Positions 12,667 to 24,137 of a stretch of 36,630 nt of DNA are shown in pieces. Source of the DNA: Batkoa obscura (taxonomy: Eukaryota); NCBI GenBank assembly GCA_030770535.1, contig JASVEC010000172.1:1-36630 (forward strand), written 5' to 3'. The position numbers were made by a program, and so were the translations under genes. Numbering within the stretch: the first letter of the stretch is position 1; the number at the start of each line of letters is the position of its first letter. Below the pieces are notes generated by a model. That model ran no database searches, was not told the origin of the DNA, and was given only the letters and a program-made list of their open reading frames with translations.

Positions 12667-12763
12667 GGGGATGTACTTTTTTATTTAAGAATTTTACCAA
12701 CAATCTTTCCACTCAAATAGCGCTTAAAAACTGGAAAAATAATGAAATCAAAAAAATATCCCC
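12667..12763 (+). mobile_element. ~98-bp MITE family copy
   Basis: Full length, ATAA on both flanks. Confidence 0.87.
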
Positions 12764-13214
12764 ATAAGTATTTAAATTTGTTCATAACACTTTTAATCAT
12801 TAGTATTGATGATTTGGTTTAAAATAGACCTCATTAAATATAATATTTCTTTGAGTATAAACTTTGTTTTGAAAATTATAACTTATAAGTGAAATAACTA
12901 ATTAGTATGATTTATGAATATCAGGGATTTTCTATTGAGCTTTTTCAATTATACAAATCTCAAAGCTATTAAAGAATCAATGAGTTTTTTAAATATATTT
13001 AACTTTTAAAGACATTGATCTATCATAGAATTTTGCATAAAAAGTACATTATAAAATAAATTTAATATCTAATTGAAAATGTTATAGGATATATTTGACT
13101 CTAAAAGTCATATTGATAAAGCGATAAAGCAAGTATAAATTAAAGAACATAAGAACAACCACAAGTATAAATGGTTAAGTAGATTAAAATAAAAAAGATA
13201 TGAATTTAAACTTT

Positions 13215-13611
13215 ATGGATTATGGGGACATCGAAAGCAGCTGTTCACTTATTAGGCCATCAATATCAAAAGGGTTAAAAGATTTCTCTCATATGAGCAA
13301 AGCTATATTTATAAATCAGCCCAAAACCTCCCAATTGCTAAAAAAGGAACGATAACCTTAATTTATCGATTTGAATAAGACAATAGGCACTGAGCTCAAG
13401 TATGAAGTTGGGTCTAAGGCAAATTGTATCGTACTTGTCTTAATTTTTACTTAATTCACAGTTCTTTTTCTTTGGAAATATTTAAGGTCTATTTCAATCC
13501 ATACTTCATATTGTACTTTCTATCCCTTTAGATTTCAATCACTGAAAATTGTCCTTTCTATAGTAAAACTCACAATTGTCTTGTAGTTGGGTTATTGGTA
13601 TTTATAAGTAA
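13215..13611 (+). pseudogene. LITAF-domain paralogue, pseudogene
   Basis: MDYGDIES...KAIFINQPKTSQL, TELKYEVG, hydrophobic stretch, degenerate KTHNC/SCSWVIGIYK end; stops and frameshifts. Confidence 0.72.
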
Positions 13612-13808
13612 AACTAAGATCATTTAGAGTTTCTTTGTATGTATATTATTAGTCAGAATAAAGACAGCATTTTGTCCTTAATAATATCAATATAGTGACC
13701 AAATTCATTTATAAGATCGAAGTAACTATTTAACTACAGTGCTTGATAAAAGCGTATATGTTTGAAATATTTAAAGTTGGATAAGATTTTAGATAATCAA
13801 AAAGATAG

Positions 13809-13905
13809 GGGGATGTATTTTTTGTTTAAAAACTTTATTAACAATCTTTCCACTGAAGTAATGCCTAAAAAATGAAAAAAATAATGAAACCAAAAAAACA
13901 TCCCC
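13809..13905 (+). mobile_element. ~98-bp MITE family copy
   Basis: Matches consensus; flanks ATAG/ATAT. Confidence 0.85.
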
Positions 13906-14109
13906 ATATAATTCATTTTCACACTTGGGTATATTATTAGTTAATAAATTAGTAAGTTAGCAAATCATCTATTTTATTAAACTTTTATAACTTTTCAACT
14001 TGGTTGTAATGCTAACTATATAATCAGGTCATGGTCTATATTAACACCTATTTCTTCTTATTATTGATTTATGATATCAAATCCCATTATCTATTCCTTT
14101 TTACTTTTC

Positions 14110-16900
14110 TTAGCTCTGTATTTTCAAGTCGCTGCTAGAAGTATCTCTTTTACTTATATCACTAGGTTGGAAATTTGTAGGCAGGCTATAATTGAGAATT
14201 TCACTTTGTAAAACTGAGTTACCAATAGCTTTTTCTTCCATAGTGTCCCAAACATTAGCTAATAAACTGGATGTATTTGAAACATCTACACACTTGGAAC
14301 GATTATATGCAAGAGATTATGAGTCATTGGTAAGTCATACATAAACGGATGCACTTTCTGGGGCTACGAAATCCATTGAAATATTTATACAATGATGAAA
14401 GTTTTAAGTTTGATGCGCGCAACCAGCTGGTATAGGTACCACATCATCAGGTCTTTGGTAAACCTGATAATTAGCAAGGTCTTCTAAGCTCTCCTCATCA
14501 AAATGTAAAGTTTGGTCATGTATTGGATCATCAATGTTTTTATCTTTGTTTTTTTAATATAGGCTTCTTAACATCATTTATATCTTCCCTTTTGGATGTG
14601 TCACAATGCACTTAATTCATTTAAATCACTTGAGGAGTAGCTCATTATGTTAATGATATCTACCATATCTAAATTCAAGGAAATGATGTCAAATCCTTTA
14701 CTAGCCTCATAGTAATAAGAGCTATCTCTGTATCTTTGATTTAAGATCTGAAACAATATGGATGTCTGGTAAATATAGAAGTAAATTGAATTCACCTTCA
14801 TATTTCATATACTCCGAGAATAGTCCAAGATTTATAAAATTATTATAAAGGCATTCAAAGTGCTACTTAGAAGTGATGTCTGCCTCCCAGTTCTTAATCA
14901 TAACTGGTATTTGTCATTTTTTATACTGGACTCCTTTTTTTACTGTTAAAATTACCAAAAAACTTCACAACTTTTAATCCGTTAATTTTTTCCCATTCAA
15001 ATGTATAACTTTAATTATAAATTTTCCATAATAATTGATAAAGAACAAAGAATCAATCATATACTTTGATGAGCTCATATCAAGCTCAATTACCATTGGC
15101 GTACCCTTTCTCCATGTTACTTGGAAATTAGGTAGTTTGATATCTTTTTTCCCTCGGAATGGATAAGGATAAGAAGTATAATTAATTTTACGAAATAGTT
15201 TATTTATAACATTTTCGTTTTTATTTGAATTTGAATTTGAATTTGAATTCAGATAATTTATATCTAAACACATAATTACAAAACTTCTTGAATACACTTA
15301 GTCTATAAAAAAAATGGTAAAAACATTCTACATGTATAAGAATTGTCTTCTGACTTAGGTTCTCTAAAACAGCTAAAAGGATTTAATCTAATATTAAATT
15401 TATTCTAAAAACTTTTATAGTATAAAGCACATAACTCAACACCGCATTTACAGCACATATAGGAAAAGCAGAAAATAGAAGTTATGCATTTATCACAAAT
15501 CTGTACCATAGGCTGAACTATTGGGCGATAATGCATGTTATTTCCAAATGTTTTGTGAATTTTAATCTCATTTTTAATGCTTTTTTTAATCCAGGGTTAA
15601 TTACTTTTTAATATATCCATAATCCTACTCTATAGCTTCATTATTATAGATAGTTAATAATGATATCGGTAAGTTTGGAGGCGTAAATACATCATTAAAT
15701 TGCCGTTTGATTATTGTATATCTTTTATGATTGTGGATTTTTTGTTTAAATTTTTCATATTCATTTACTTTAGTAGAAGCATAACTTTCAGCCAATTCAT
15801 TATTCTCATTCTTGGTAAATAATTGTGTAACTCCAGATCTAGATTTACCTCTTTGCTTCTCAACACATATTTTCCAACGACTAAATTTATTAATACTTTT
15901 GGAATTACATGGTTGGTTTTGAACAATATTGAGATCAAGCTCTGAATCCTTGCAAGCTTTCAACGATTCATCAACATGGATTTCTAATTCTTCTATATCG
16001 CTTAAATAGCCTAACATTGACTTTAAAAATCGCCTTAACTCTTTCTTTAATAATAGGTTTAAATTAGGGTATCAATTCCATCCGCATTATGAGTCTTTTC
16101 AAATTCACCGTTATTAGCACTATAACCTGCTATCCTTTATCTAAATTTCTTAAATTTACCTCCATGCTTTTCTTTGCAATAGGTTCATTAATTTGATAAA
16201 TAGAATTAAAATCGAAATTATTACCTTGAGTCGAATCCAAAGAGATAGTTAAAGTTGGTGGCTTTATATACTTATCAAAGCATTGAATTGCAAAAATAGC
16301 GAAAGGGGATCTGGGTTGAATTTAAATCCATTTATTTTTTATCATTCACTAAGATCCCTCATAAACTTCAATCAGCTTAATAATAATGCCCCAGAAAAGG
16401 GATAATCGTAGTTTAATTTAAAAGCCAAGATGGGATGATTTCTGGGATTTAATTTTGAATTCTTCATAGATAGATTATAAGTCGCAAATAATCCGTTCTC
16501 CTTCTATCAACAACATTAGATTAGAGTTAAATCTACGATAATTTGTTTGTCATTTGTATCCAGTCTCTTAACAAGTATATTTGAGATCAAAAGTATCAAC
16601 AAAGGTGCTTCGTCTCTGTTAAATATCGTATTGAACTCTTTTATCTTGTATAACTATTGAGTAACGATATCTTTTTTTGACCTATCTTTTATTGCTGTTG
16701 AACCTTGAATTGTCTTTTTAGCCTGATTCATTTTTTTTGAATATTCCATAGGTTGCTTTTAATTTGTCTTTAATCTTAAGGACATCCGCATCAATTAATG
16801 TGTTGAAGTCAACCTTCTCAAAAGTAAAAGGAAGCTTATCTACTTCAAATTTGGAGATATTCACTATACCCTCGATTTTGCTAATAGCCTCCTTATTCAT
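14110..16900 (-). pseudogene. KDM3/JMJD1-like JmjC demethylase pseudogene, copy B (3' end approximate)
   Basis: QICDKCITSIFCFSYMCCKCGVELCALYY zinc finger, FQVTWRKGTPMVIE, LNLDMVDIINIM, DDPIHDQ, VPIPAGCAHQT-stop-NFHHCINISMDFVAPES; colinear with copy A. Confidence 0.85.
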
Positions 16901-17110
16901 TTACAGCTAATTACAAGTGTAATTAAAATATTTGGTTATTTTTATACACTTAAATTTTTTATGACGTTTTATTGATTTCTATTGGTTAAATTTGTAACAA
17001 CTTTACATTCAGTTGGTTGTTTGAATAAGATGGTATTGACCCCATACATAACACACATATTGACCATACTTAATTTTTAGGAGTAAGGAAATTTTACTGC
17101 TTTTCATTAA

Positions 17111-17817
17111 AGCTATCAAGCTTACAATCTTAAAAAATATTGACTAACTTTTAAATAGAAAATAAGATGATACTTTCTCCAGTAACTTAGTATCTTTTAA
17201 AAATATATGGGGATATATTTTTGTGTTTAAGAATTTTATCAACAAATTCTCCACTCAAATAGCGCTTAAAAAGTGGAAAAAATAATGAAGTCAAAAAAAA
17301 CACTCCCATATATTAATGTAATTTAAAGATGTAAACTAGCTTAAGAACTCGAGACATTTGCTCAGTTATTGGCATTTCCTTATAATTGTTAATGATTAGA
17401 CATACATTTTGCATCTTTACATCAACTTATATCTTCAAACCTACATTGGCAGTTCCCTTAAAACTGATGAAAATATTAGAGCTTTTTCATTTACTTTAAG
17501 ACATCTTTTGTCATGTGATCTTAAACCTGTAAAGTTAAATATTTAAAATAAAAAACCGTATTGTAACAATATATAAAGAAAGAAAGAAAGAAAAAAAAAT
17601 AACAGTTTAATTCTAAAGTAATTTTTAAAGTCAAAAACTTATGGATAACATAGATGTTGAAAGTGGCAAATTGAATCAATCTCCACCATCATATATGGCA
17701 ATTGGTTCATCTCATTCAAATCAAACTATACTTATAAGACAACCTGAAATCTTAGAACTAAGTAGAAGGGGAGTAGCCATTTTAGTTTGTCCATTCGAAA
17801 ATAAGGAAGTAACTACT
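17111..17817 (+). repeat. Near-identical direct repeat, copy 2 (partner 11726-12329), with MITE insertion
   Basis: 707 bp = 604 bp shared + 99-bp MITE + 4-bp TSD. Confidence 0.92.
17209..17307 (+). mobile_element. MITE copy with paralogous empty site
   Basis: Absent from the matching site near 11820; ATAT duplicated. Confidence 0.93.
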
Positions 17818-18045
17818 GAGATTAGCTATGAGTCCGGGTTTAGGGTGTTTTCTAGCGCAATTGTTTTTTTCCTTGTTTTCCTTTTAACTCTTTTGCCCTT
17901 GCTGTCTTTAGTGTCAGGTGCTTTTATATTCTATTATACCATCTTTTGGTATCTTTTAGGATTTTATATCTTCAATAAAGATTTTCTTTACCTCCAAATT
18001 CATCGCTGCCCTTCTTGTGATCGAATTGTTGCTACTGCCAAGTGA
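17641..18045 (+). CDS. LITAF-like zinc ribbon membrane protein
   Basis: PPSY, VCPFENKEVTTEISYESG, about 45-aa hydrophobic stretch, QIHRCPSCDRIVA; 134 aa. Confidence 0.85.
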   Translation: MDNIDVESGKLNQSPPSYMAIGSSHSNQTILIRQPEILELSRRGVAILVCPFENKEVTTEISYESGFRVFSSAIVFFLVFLLTLLPLLSLVSGAFIFYYTIFWYLLGFYIFNKDFLYLQIHRCPSCDRIVATAK

Positions 18046-18307
18046 TTATATGGTTGAAGTTAAAATGCGGTGTAAATATCATATCTCAGCTAATAGTAAT
18101 ATTATGACTTTTATTTACAAGTTATTAAATAAAGTTAACACTTTAACTAGTTTATGCTTTTTTTATTATTGACTTTAAGGACTTTATTTTTAAAAATGAT
18201 AGTATGATATTATTTTTTAAAATAAACGTTAGGATTATATCATAGATTACAAGGAAATAGTGAATTTCATACTATAAGCTATAAAAATTTTGAGTATACA
18301 AGTATAT

Positions 18308-18404
18308 GGGAATGTATTTCTGTATTTAGGGATTTTACTAGCAACTTTCCTGTTCAAATAGCGCTTAAAAATGAAAAAAGTAATGAAGCCAAAAAAAAAT
18401 CCTC
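18308..18404 (+). mobile_element. ~98-bp MITE family copy
   Basis: Matches consensus; ATAT flanks. Confidence 0.82.
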
Positions 18405-18556
18405 ATATAATAATAAAATATAAGTTATCGTTTTATTAACATATTTAATCAAGAGCTGATAATTTTAAACAAACGTGTAAAAATATTTAGTATAATTTTA
18501 TTAAATTAGCGGATTAAAACAGAAAATATATTTAATAAAATAAAGGTATGTTATAT

Positions 18557-18653
18557 GAGAGTGTTTTTTTTGACTTCATTATTTTTTCCATTTTTAAGTG
18601 CTATTTGAGTGGAAAATTTGTAGTAAAATTCTTAAACACAAAAATACATCCAC
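18557..18653 (-). mobile_element. ~98-bp MITE family copy
   Basis: Reverse orientation; ATAT flanks. Confidence 0.85.
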
Positions 18654-18738
18654 ATATCATTTACTTTTAAATCTTATGCTAAAAAATAAGTGCAAAGTTT
18701 TAATGATTTTTCATCATTAGAACATTAGGATAACATCC

Positions 18739-18832
18739 AGAGATGTTTTTTTAAAAATTTTATTAATAATCTTTCTACTCAAATAGCGTTTAAAAAATGG
18801 AAAAAGTAACAAAACCGAAAAAAAACACCCCC
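18739..18832 (+). mobile_element. ~98-bp MITE family copy (degenerate left end)
   Basis: CTCAAATAGCGTTTAAAAAATGGAAAAAGTAA core; flanks ATCC/ATCT. Confidence 0.78.
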
Positions 18833-19341
18833 ATCTCTTTGTTTGGTTATCTTTTAATTTGATTCATCACCTTCCATATATTTTCCTTACTATATTTGAT
18901 GTTCAGTATTATCGATCTTTTAATTTATACTCTTTATAGATAAAATAAACCACTACTTATTTTGAGTGTAGATAAAAAATTTATTTGGTGAATTAGTTAA
19001 AATCAAAATTTAATTTTAGTTATTACAACATCTGTACACTACTTTTTATTATCAACGACAAGAAACTTAAAAATAAGCACAATAGTGTATATGATTATTA
19101 CATTTTTTAGGTAAAAGCTTAAATAAAGCACCTTGGTTTTTAAATGATCAAACCACCTGTTTAAGGTTTATTTAAATTTTTCGTAGTAGACTTTTAAAAT
19201 CTTAGGAGATTGGAGCTAAGTGTCATATTTATATGATAGTTTATTTTTATAGCATCAAATGAAATATGCATTATAGGGACATCCCTTTATCTACATGGGT
19301 TGGGGATCATAATCCAAGTCAAAGAGAAAGAGGATAGTAAA

Positions 19342-19764
19342 TTAGTAAATTGAGTTTGATACGAGTGGAACAATAAAAAGTATAAGATTGGCTAAAAAAC
19401 CAATTATGAAAGCAACAGCACGAATTGATGCTTTATCAAATATATAAGCCGGAATAAAAATCAATCTAGTAATAAGATAAATTAAAGCAAGTAAAGCTGC
19501 TGCAGTTTCATTACCATTACCAATTTTATTTGCCAGTATAGAAAAAGCAAACCACACAAAACCTTCATTTATGTTGTTATGAGCATATAGAGCGCGTTGT
19601 GCAAATCCTGGTAAAGTTTTATATTGTTCACGAGGATTATTAATATCAAAGCCATCATTAGCTTTCCATTGGGCTATCCTTACTGGGATCATACATAAGA
19701 ACCAGGCAAGGAAGAGGATAAAGCAGACAATGAATTGAATTTTATCTTCTGTTGAATAATACAT
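19342..19764 (-). CDS. MAPEG family membrane protein
   Basis: DINNPREQ...LPGFAQRALYAHNNINEGFVWFA...TRLIFIPAYIFD...IRA pattern with about 4 hydrophobic helices; intronless, 140 aa. Confidence 0.85.
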   Translation of the reverse strand: MYYSTEDKIQFIVCFILFLAWFLCMIPVRIAQWKANDGFDINNPREQYKTLPGFAQRALYAHNNINEGFVWFAFSILANKIGNGNETAAALLALIYLITRLIFIPAYIFDKASIRAVAFIIGFLANLILFIVPLVSNSIY

Positions 19765-20725
19765 TTCTAATTATCTGTGCTATCAAACCTATTTTCTTTA
19801 TATACTTTTTAGTTTCTATTTAGCATGAAAATGAATGTGCTAACTAATACAGATTAAGCTAACTATTGGTGATAAGATTATTAAAAAAGTAATAACGTAA
19901 ATTTCTTTCATCATAAAGTTCCCTTAAACTACTTTCTAAACCGCTTCCTAGATTTCCTTGGAGCGGGCTACTCAAGGTTTTTCCTAACACTTTATTTTTT
20001 GATGTTCATAAATGCCTTTGATTTACTTTATTTAAAGTAATATAGGGATTTAAGGTCTAATTGGAGCTACTTAACTATTTATTCATAACGAAAATTTAAA
20101 TTCAACTTAAAATTGGTATTTAACTTCTTGTTATGTTTTAATAAAACCATACAAAATTAATTTTAAATTTACTAGTCTTAATGAATTTATATATGCAATT
20201 AGCAAAGTAAGACATCTTTAGAATGGCTTTAATTTGTTATAAGATCATTTTAAAGTAAAACATTATCTGGTATTATTAACCATGATATATATGTAATAAT
20301 ATATCTATGTATCAGATGATACTTTAAGTTAATATTAATGATAATTTTTATCAAAGTTAATAATAGAGGAAAGGTTAATGCAAATATTTAAGCTACTATT
20401 AGAATTAAAACCAAAGCCATATTAAAACTAGCTATAAGTTTAAAGCTAATTTGCTTTATCTCCCTTCAAAGCCCTGGTAGTAGAGTGACATAAAGATTCT
20501 TATTCAAAGAATTCCCATACCTATACCCTAGAACCAAGGTTAACCCAAAATAATTGAAATCCATCTAGTGCTTGGATTAGATGTCATTGTGAAGGTTCTT
20601 GGTACATCCTCATTCTTTAAACCTCTATAATATTTGATTCTCGGCCACTTTTGTAATTTTAAATGCCTTTAATATAAGAAACTGTTTGATTGACAAGTAG
20701 TTAAAAAAACCTAAGGTTAATATAT

Positions 20726-20824
20726 GGGGATGTATTTTTGTATTTAAGAATTTTACTAATAATTTTTCCACTCAAATAGCGTTTAAAAGATGGAAAAAGT
20801 AATGAAGCCAAAAAAAACACTCCC
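20726..20824 (+). mobile_element. ~98-bp MITE family copy
   Basis: Full length; ATAT flanks. Confidence 0.88.
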
Positions 20825-21037
20825 ATATAGTTAGTATTAAAAATCAGAATTGTAGATGATATTTATTAAATACTATGTTTATTTAATATTGCTACTAATA
20901 AATAAATACAACATGAAGCTCAGTGTTTAATAGTTTCAGTTTACATTACCGTTTGTTTATCAATAATTTCTAAAATAAAATATTGAATACAAGCCAATTG
21001 TTTTATTTTTATAAATTTTATTAAACTTAAAGAATAT

Positions 21038-21215
21038 GAAGATGTGGGGATGTATTTTTGTGTCTAAGAATTTTACTAACAATTTTTCCGTTTAAATAGC
21101 GCTTAAAAAATGGAAAAAATAATGAAGTCAAAAAAAACACTCTCATGTATTCTTTTGCTTAAGAATTTTACCAACAATCTTTTTCACTCAAACAGCGCTT
21201 AAAAAATAGAAAAAT
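21038..21215 (+). mobile_element. Nested MITEs: intact copy 21046-21144 inside an older copy
   Basis: Older copy starts GAAGATGT at 21038 and resumes ATGTATTCTTTTGCTTAAGAATTTT at 21145; ATGT duplicated around the inner copy. Confidence 0.8.
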
Positions 21216-21341
21216 AAAACTAAAATATCATACTTTGTTATTAGCCAAGGATGCCTAATATGTTGCAAAATTTGGGCTAAAAAAGTGATGTTACTAAAAG
21301 AGCAATTTGAATCCTAAATTTTCTAGTTAAAAATAATATTG

Positions 21342-21460
21342 CATCATTCTCTGAAATAATCAGGTTAAAAAAATGAACATTTAGTTGGTGCACACATGAA
21401 CTTAAATGAGGTTGGTTTTTTAACTTATTTTTTTTAACCTGATCATTTTAGAAAACACTG
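21342..21460. mobile_element. Small TIR element, Tc1/mariner-like MITE
   Basis: About 30-bp imperfect inverted repeats (TCTGAAATAATCAGGTTAAAAAAA / TTTTTTTAACCTGATCATTTTAGA); right end CACTG followed by TA. Confidence 0.55.
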
Positions 21461-22176
21461 TATAATAACTCATTGTTTCATTATAACTAACAATTAGGTA
21501 TTGACTATTTTTTATTAGTACAAAATACCCACTTTCACTTTCTAGTAGCTGTAATGCTGTAATGTGAAGACCAGTTATGGGTTAGTTCAAAGACTCAATT
21601 CAAACTTTATTCAATTTAATTTTGCAAAAATCACAAGTAAGCACCAAGTGCTATAAAAATATTTACTTTTTTACTTGATTTTAGAATGATTCATGAAACG
21701 TTTTGAGGTTTTACACTACATAGGAAATAGATAAAAAGTAATTGAAAATTTTTACTTTCAATTTCAACTCATCTTTTAAACTTGCTTAGGTTTTTAATCT
21801 AAATATGTTTATTTAATTGGATTTTTTTCTCGAAAGTTAACAACTTTGGAAAAAGATAGCTTTTCTATTACACCCTGCAGCCATCATTATAAAAACTTTG
21901 GAAAATTTACGATACGCTAGGCAACAAAGCCCCTAATATTGAAGCCAAACTTAAATTTAGTTACTCAAAAAACTCTATTCCACAAAAAACAACTTGTCTT
22001 GGCACCATTGCAATTACTTTAATCAAAGATCTTTTGCCACTTGGCCTTAAACTAGTAGTCTCAAAAAGTTGAATTATGAAAAAAATGATATAATAGCAAA
22101 TTAGTGGTGATATAAATAAAAATGAACCAAATTTAACTAGGTTAGTCAAAAAAATAATCATCAAAATCAAAGATCT

Positions 22177-22581
22177 ATGAATTACTCAAATATTGAAAGT
22201 GCCAAATTTACACATTCCCCACCATTATATAAGTCAGCCATACCATCCTATTCAAAAAAAACGATACTTATAAACCAACCCGAAATTCTACAATTATCCA
22301 GAAGGGGTATAGCAGTTTTAATCTGCCCGTTTGAAGATAAAGAAGTAACTACTAAGATTTGGTATGAGCCTAGGCTTAGCTTATTTATAACTTTACTCGC
22401 TTTCCTCTTCTGTTCTCTTTCAATTATCTTCGCTTTAGGATCATTTGAGGCATATTATACCATATTCTTATTGCTTTTATTTGTTTTCCTTACAGTCGTT
22501 TTGATCGTCGGATATGGACCTTATTATGACCAGATTCATCATTGTCCTTCTTGTAATCGGGTTGTTGCTGTTGCTAAATAG
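22177..22581 (+). CDS. LITAF-like zinc ribbon membrane protein
   Basis: PPLY, ICPFEDKEVTTKIWYE, two hydrophobic helices, QIHHCPSCNRVVA; 134 aa. Confidence 0.85.
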   Translation: MNYSNIESAKFTHSPPLYKSAIPSYSKKTILINQPEILQLSRRGIAVLICPFEDKEVTTKIWYEPRLSLFITLLAFLFCSLSIIFALGSFEAYYTIFLLLLFVFLTVVLIVGYGPYYDQIHHCPSCNRVVAVAK

Positions 22582-22908
22582 GTTAGAGGCTGGGTAGAAT
22601 ACAACTCAGTACGCTGCCTTGATGAATGATAATATATAGTATTCATTTATTGAATTCATACGTATCTACTTATATATTGAAGCTAAACGATAAAAGTAAC
22701 TTTATTCTTATTATTGATCAGTTTATGATTAAAGTTCTATTTCTTTAGTCTTGATTGTTCCTAGATCCACAAATTAAATACAAACCCTACAAAATAACAA
22801 CCAATTATTGAAATTGAGGCTATGGATTTTTTTAAATTACAAATACAACAAAAACTTCATTTTGTCCATGTTAATTTTCTAACTTTTTAACTAATTAGTG
22901 TCAAAACC

Positions 22909-23296
22909 GTGAGGTATAAAGCTGAACAGTTACTTATTACTCCTTCCGTACCATTATACAATCTCATTGGATTGTGTCATTCAAACTAGGTTGTCTCTGT
23001 CAAGCAACCATAAGTTTTACAGTTATTAAACAGATGGGTAGCAATTTAAATTTCTCCCTTTGAAGATATTCAGATAATTACCAAGGGTTTTTGTCGAACT
23101 GGATTTGAAGCATTTTACTTAAGTTGATTTTTTCCATTTTTTTGCATCTTTTTATCTTGGAGATTCTTAGATCGTATTGTTGTGATTATTTTTACCTTCT
23201 CTACCATCTTTTGAGGATTTTAATGTTTAAAAATTCTTTCTATCTTCGGGCTCATCACTGTCTTTCTGTGATCAAATCGTTGATATTGCCAAATAA
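22909..23296 (+). pseudogene. LITAF-domain paralogue, pseudogene
   Basis: PSVPLYNLIG...HSN-stop-VVSVKQP-stop-VLQL...ISPFED...IITK, and frameshifted HHCLS/DQIVDIAK end. Confidence 0.75.
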
Positions 23297-23623
23297 GCTG
23301 GAAGCCAGATAAAGTTTAGTATGTACAAGTACTGCTTAATTATTAAAAATATTGATCTTTCATTTGTGGATCTTTCACTTACTCCTTTATACAATAAAAC
23401 CAAGTTTACAAGTAGTTCAATCCTTATGTCTAACCTCGTACTCAAAGTTCACTGTTACTGCAGATTTGATTTATTCTAAATTTTCTAATTAAGGATAAGT
23501 GTTATAAGTATAATTCCTTGTTGATACTAATTTTCAGAACTAAAGGCATAAATATATACCATGTATAAGATACAGATTAACACCATTTTTCTTATTTTAG
23601 CTAGTATTTAAACTTCTATATAT

Positions 23624-23718
23624 AGGGATGTTTTTTTGATTTCATTACTTTTTTAATTTTTTAAATGCTATTTGAGTGGAGGTTGTTAGTAAAGTTCTTA
23701 AACAAAAAATACATCCCC
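23624..23718 (-). mobile_element. ~98-bp MITE family copy
   Basis: Reverse orientation; ATAT flanks. Confidence 0.85.
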
Positions 23719-23789
23719 ATATACTAAAAAATCTGCCAACAATATTAAGGCTTTCTGAGTTACTATACAGGAGAAAGCATTTTATTTAC

Positions 23790-24137
23790 TCATTTCCTGA
23801 TATTATGCAGACCTGATGATTCAATCTATTCAAACCGAGTTGTTCTCGTAAAGCAAGCTGAAGTCTCAAAGTTATCTAGAAGGAGCGCAGCAATTTTTAC
23901 TTTCCCTATTCGAAAAAGTAAATAAGGATAACCGTCAAGCTGGGTATATGATATTTTAGTATACCCATTTCTATTCTTTCTTTTTCGTATCCTCTAGGAA
24001 AGTTAAAATTCTATTCTGATAAGTTTTTTGTTTTATTTCCTTTTGGATATCTCATTATTCAATATTCAATAATAACTCAATTTGCAAGAAAACTCATGAC
24101 TGTCTTTCTTGTAACTGAGTTGTTGCTATTGCTAATA
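23790..24137 (+). pseudogene. LITAF-domain paralogue, pseudogene (5' end approximate)
   Basis: YSNRVVLVKQAEVSKLSRRSAAIFTFP and KTHDCLSCN-stop-VVAIAN match the paralogues. Confidence 0.72.

Noticed and set aside
9262..16900. JmjC fragments as exons of functional spliced genes or an alternative genetic code
   Set aside because: Breaks are small frameshifts and stops at different positions in the two copies, without consistent splice sites; neighbouring genes read with the standard code
20450..20670. Slightly GC-richer stretch that might be a gene or TE remnant
   Set aside because: The frame I translated contains stops and no motif I can identify
21961..22170. 69-aa minus-strand ORF
   Set aside because: Lies in the AT-rich promoter of a LITAF gene; likely chance
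22939..22955. TACTCCTTCCGT resembling a Stowaway MITE terminus
   Set aside because: No convincing right TIR; the sequence is explained as codons of a LITAF pseudogene
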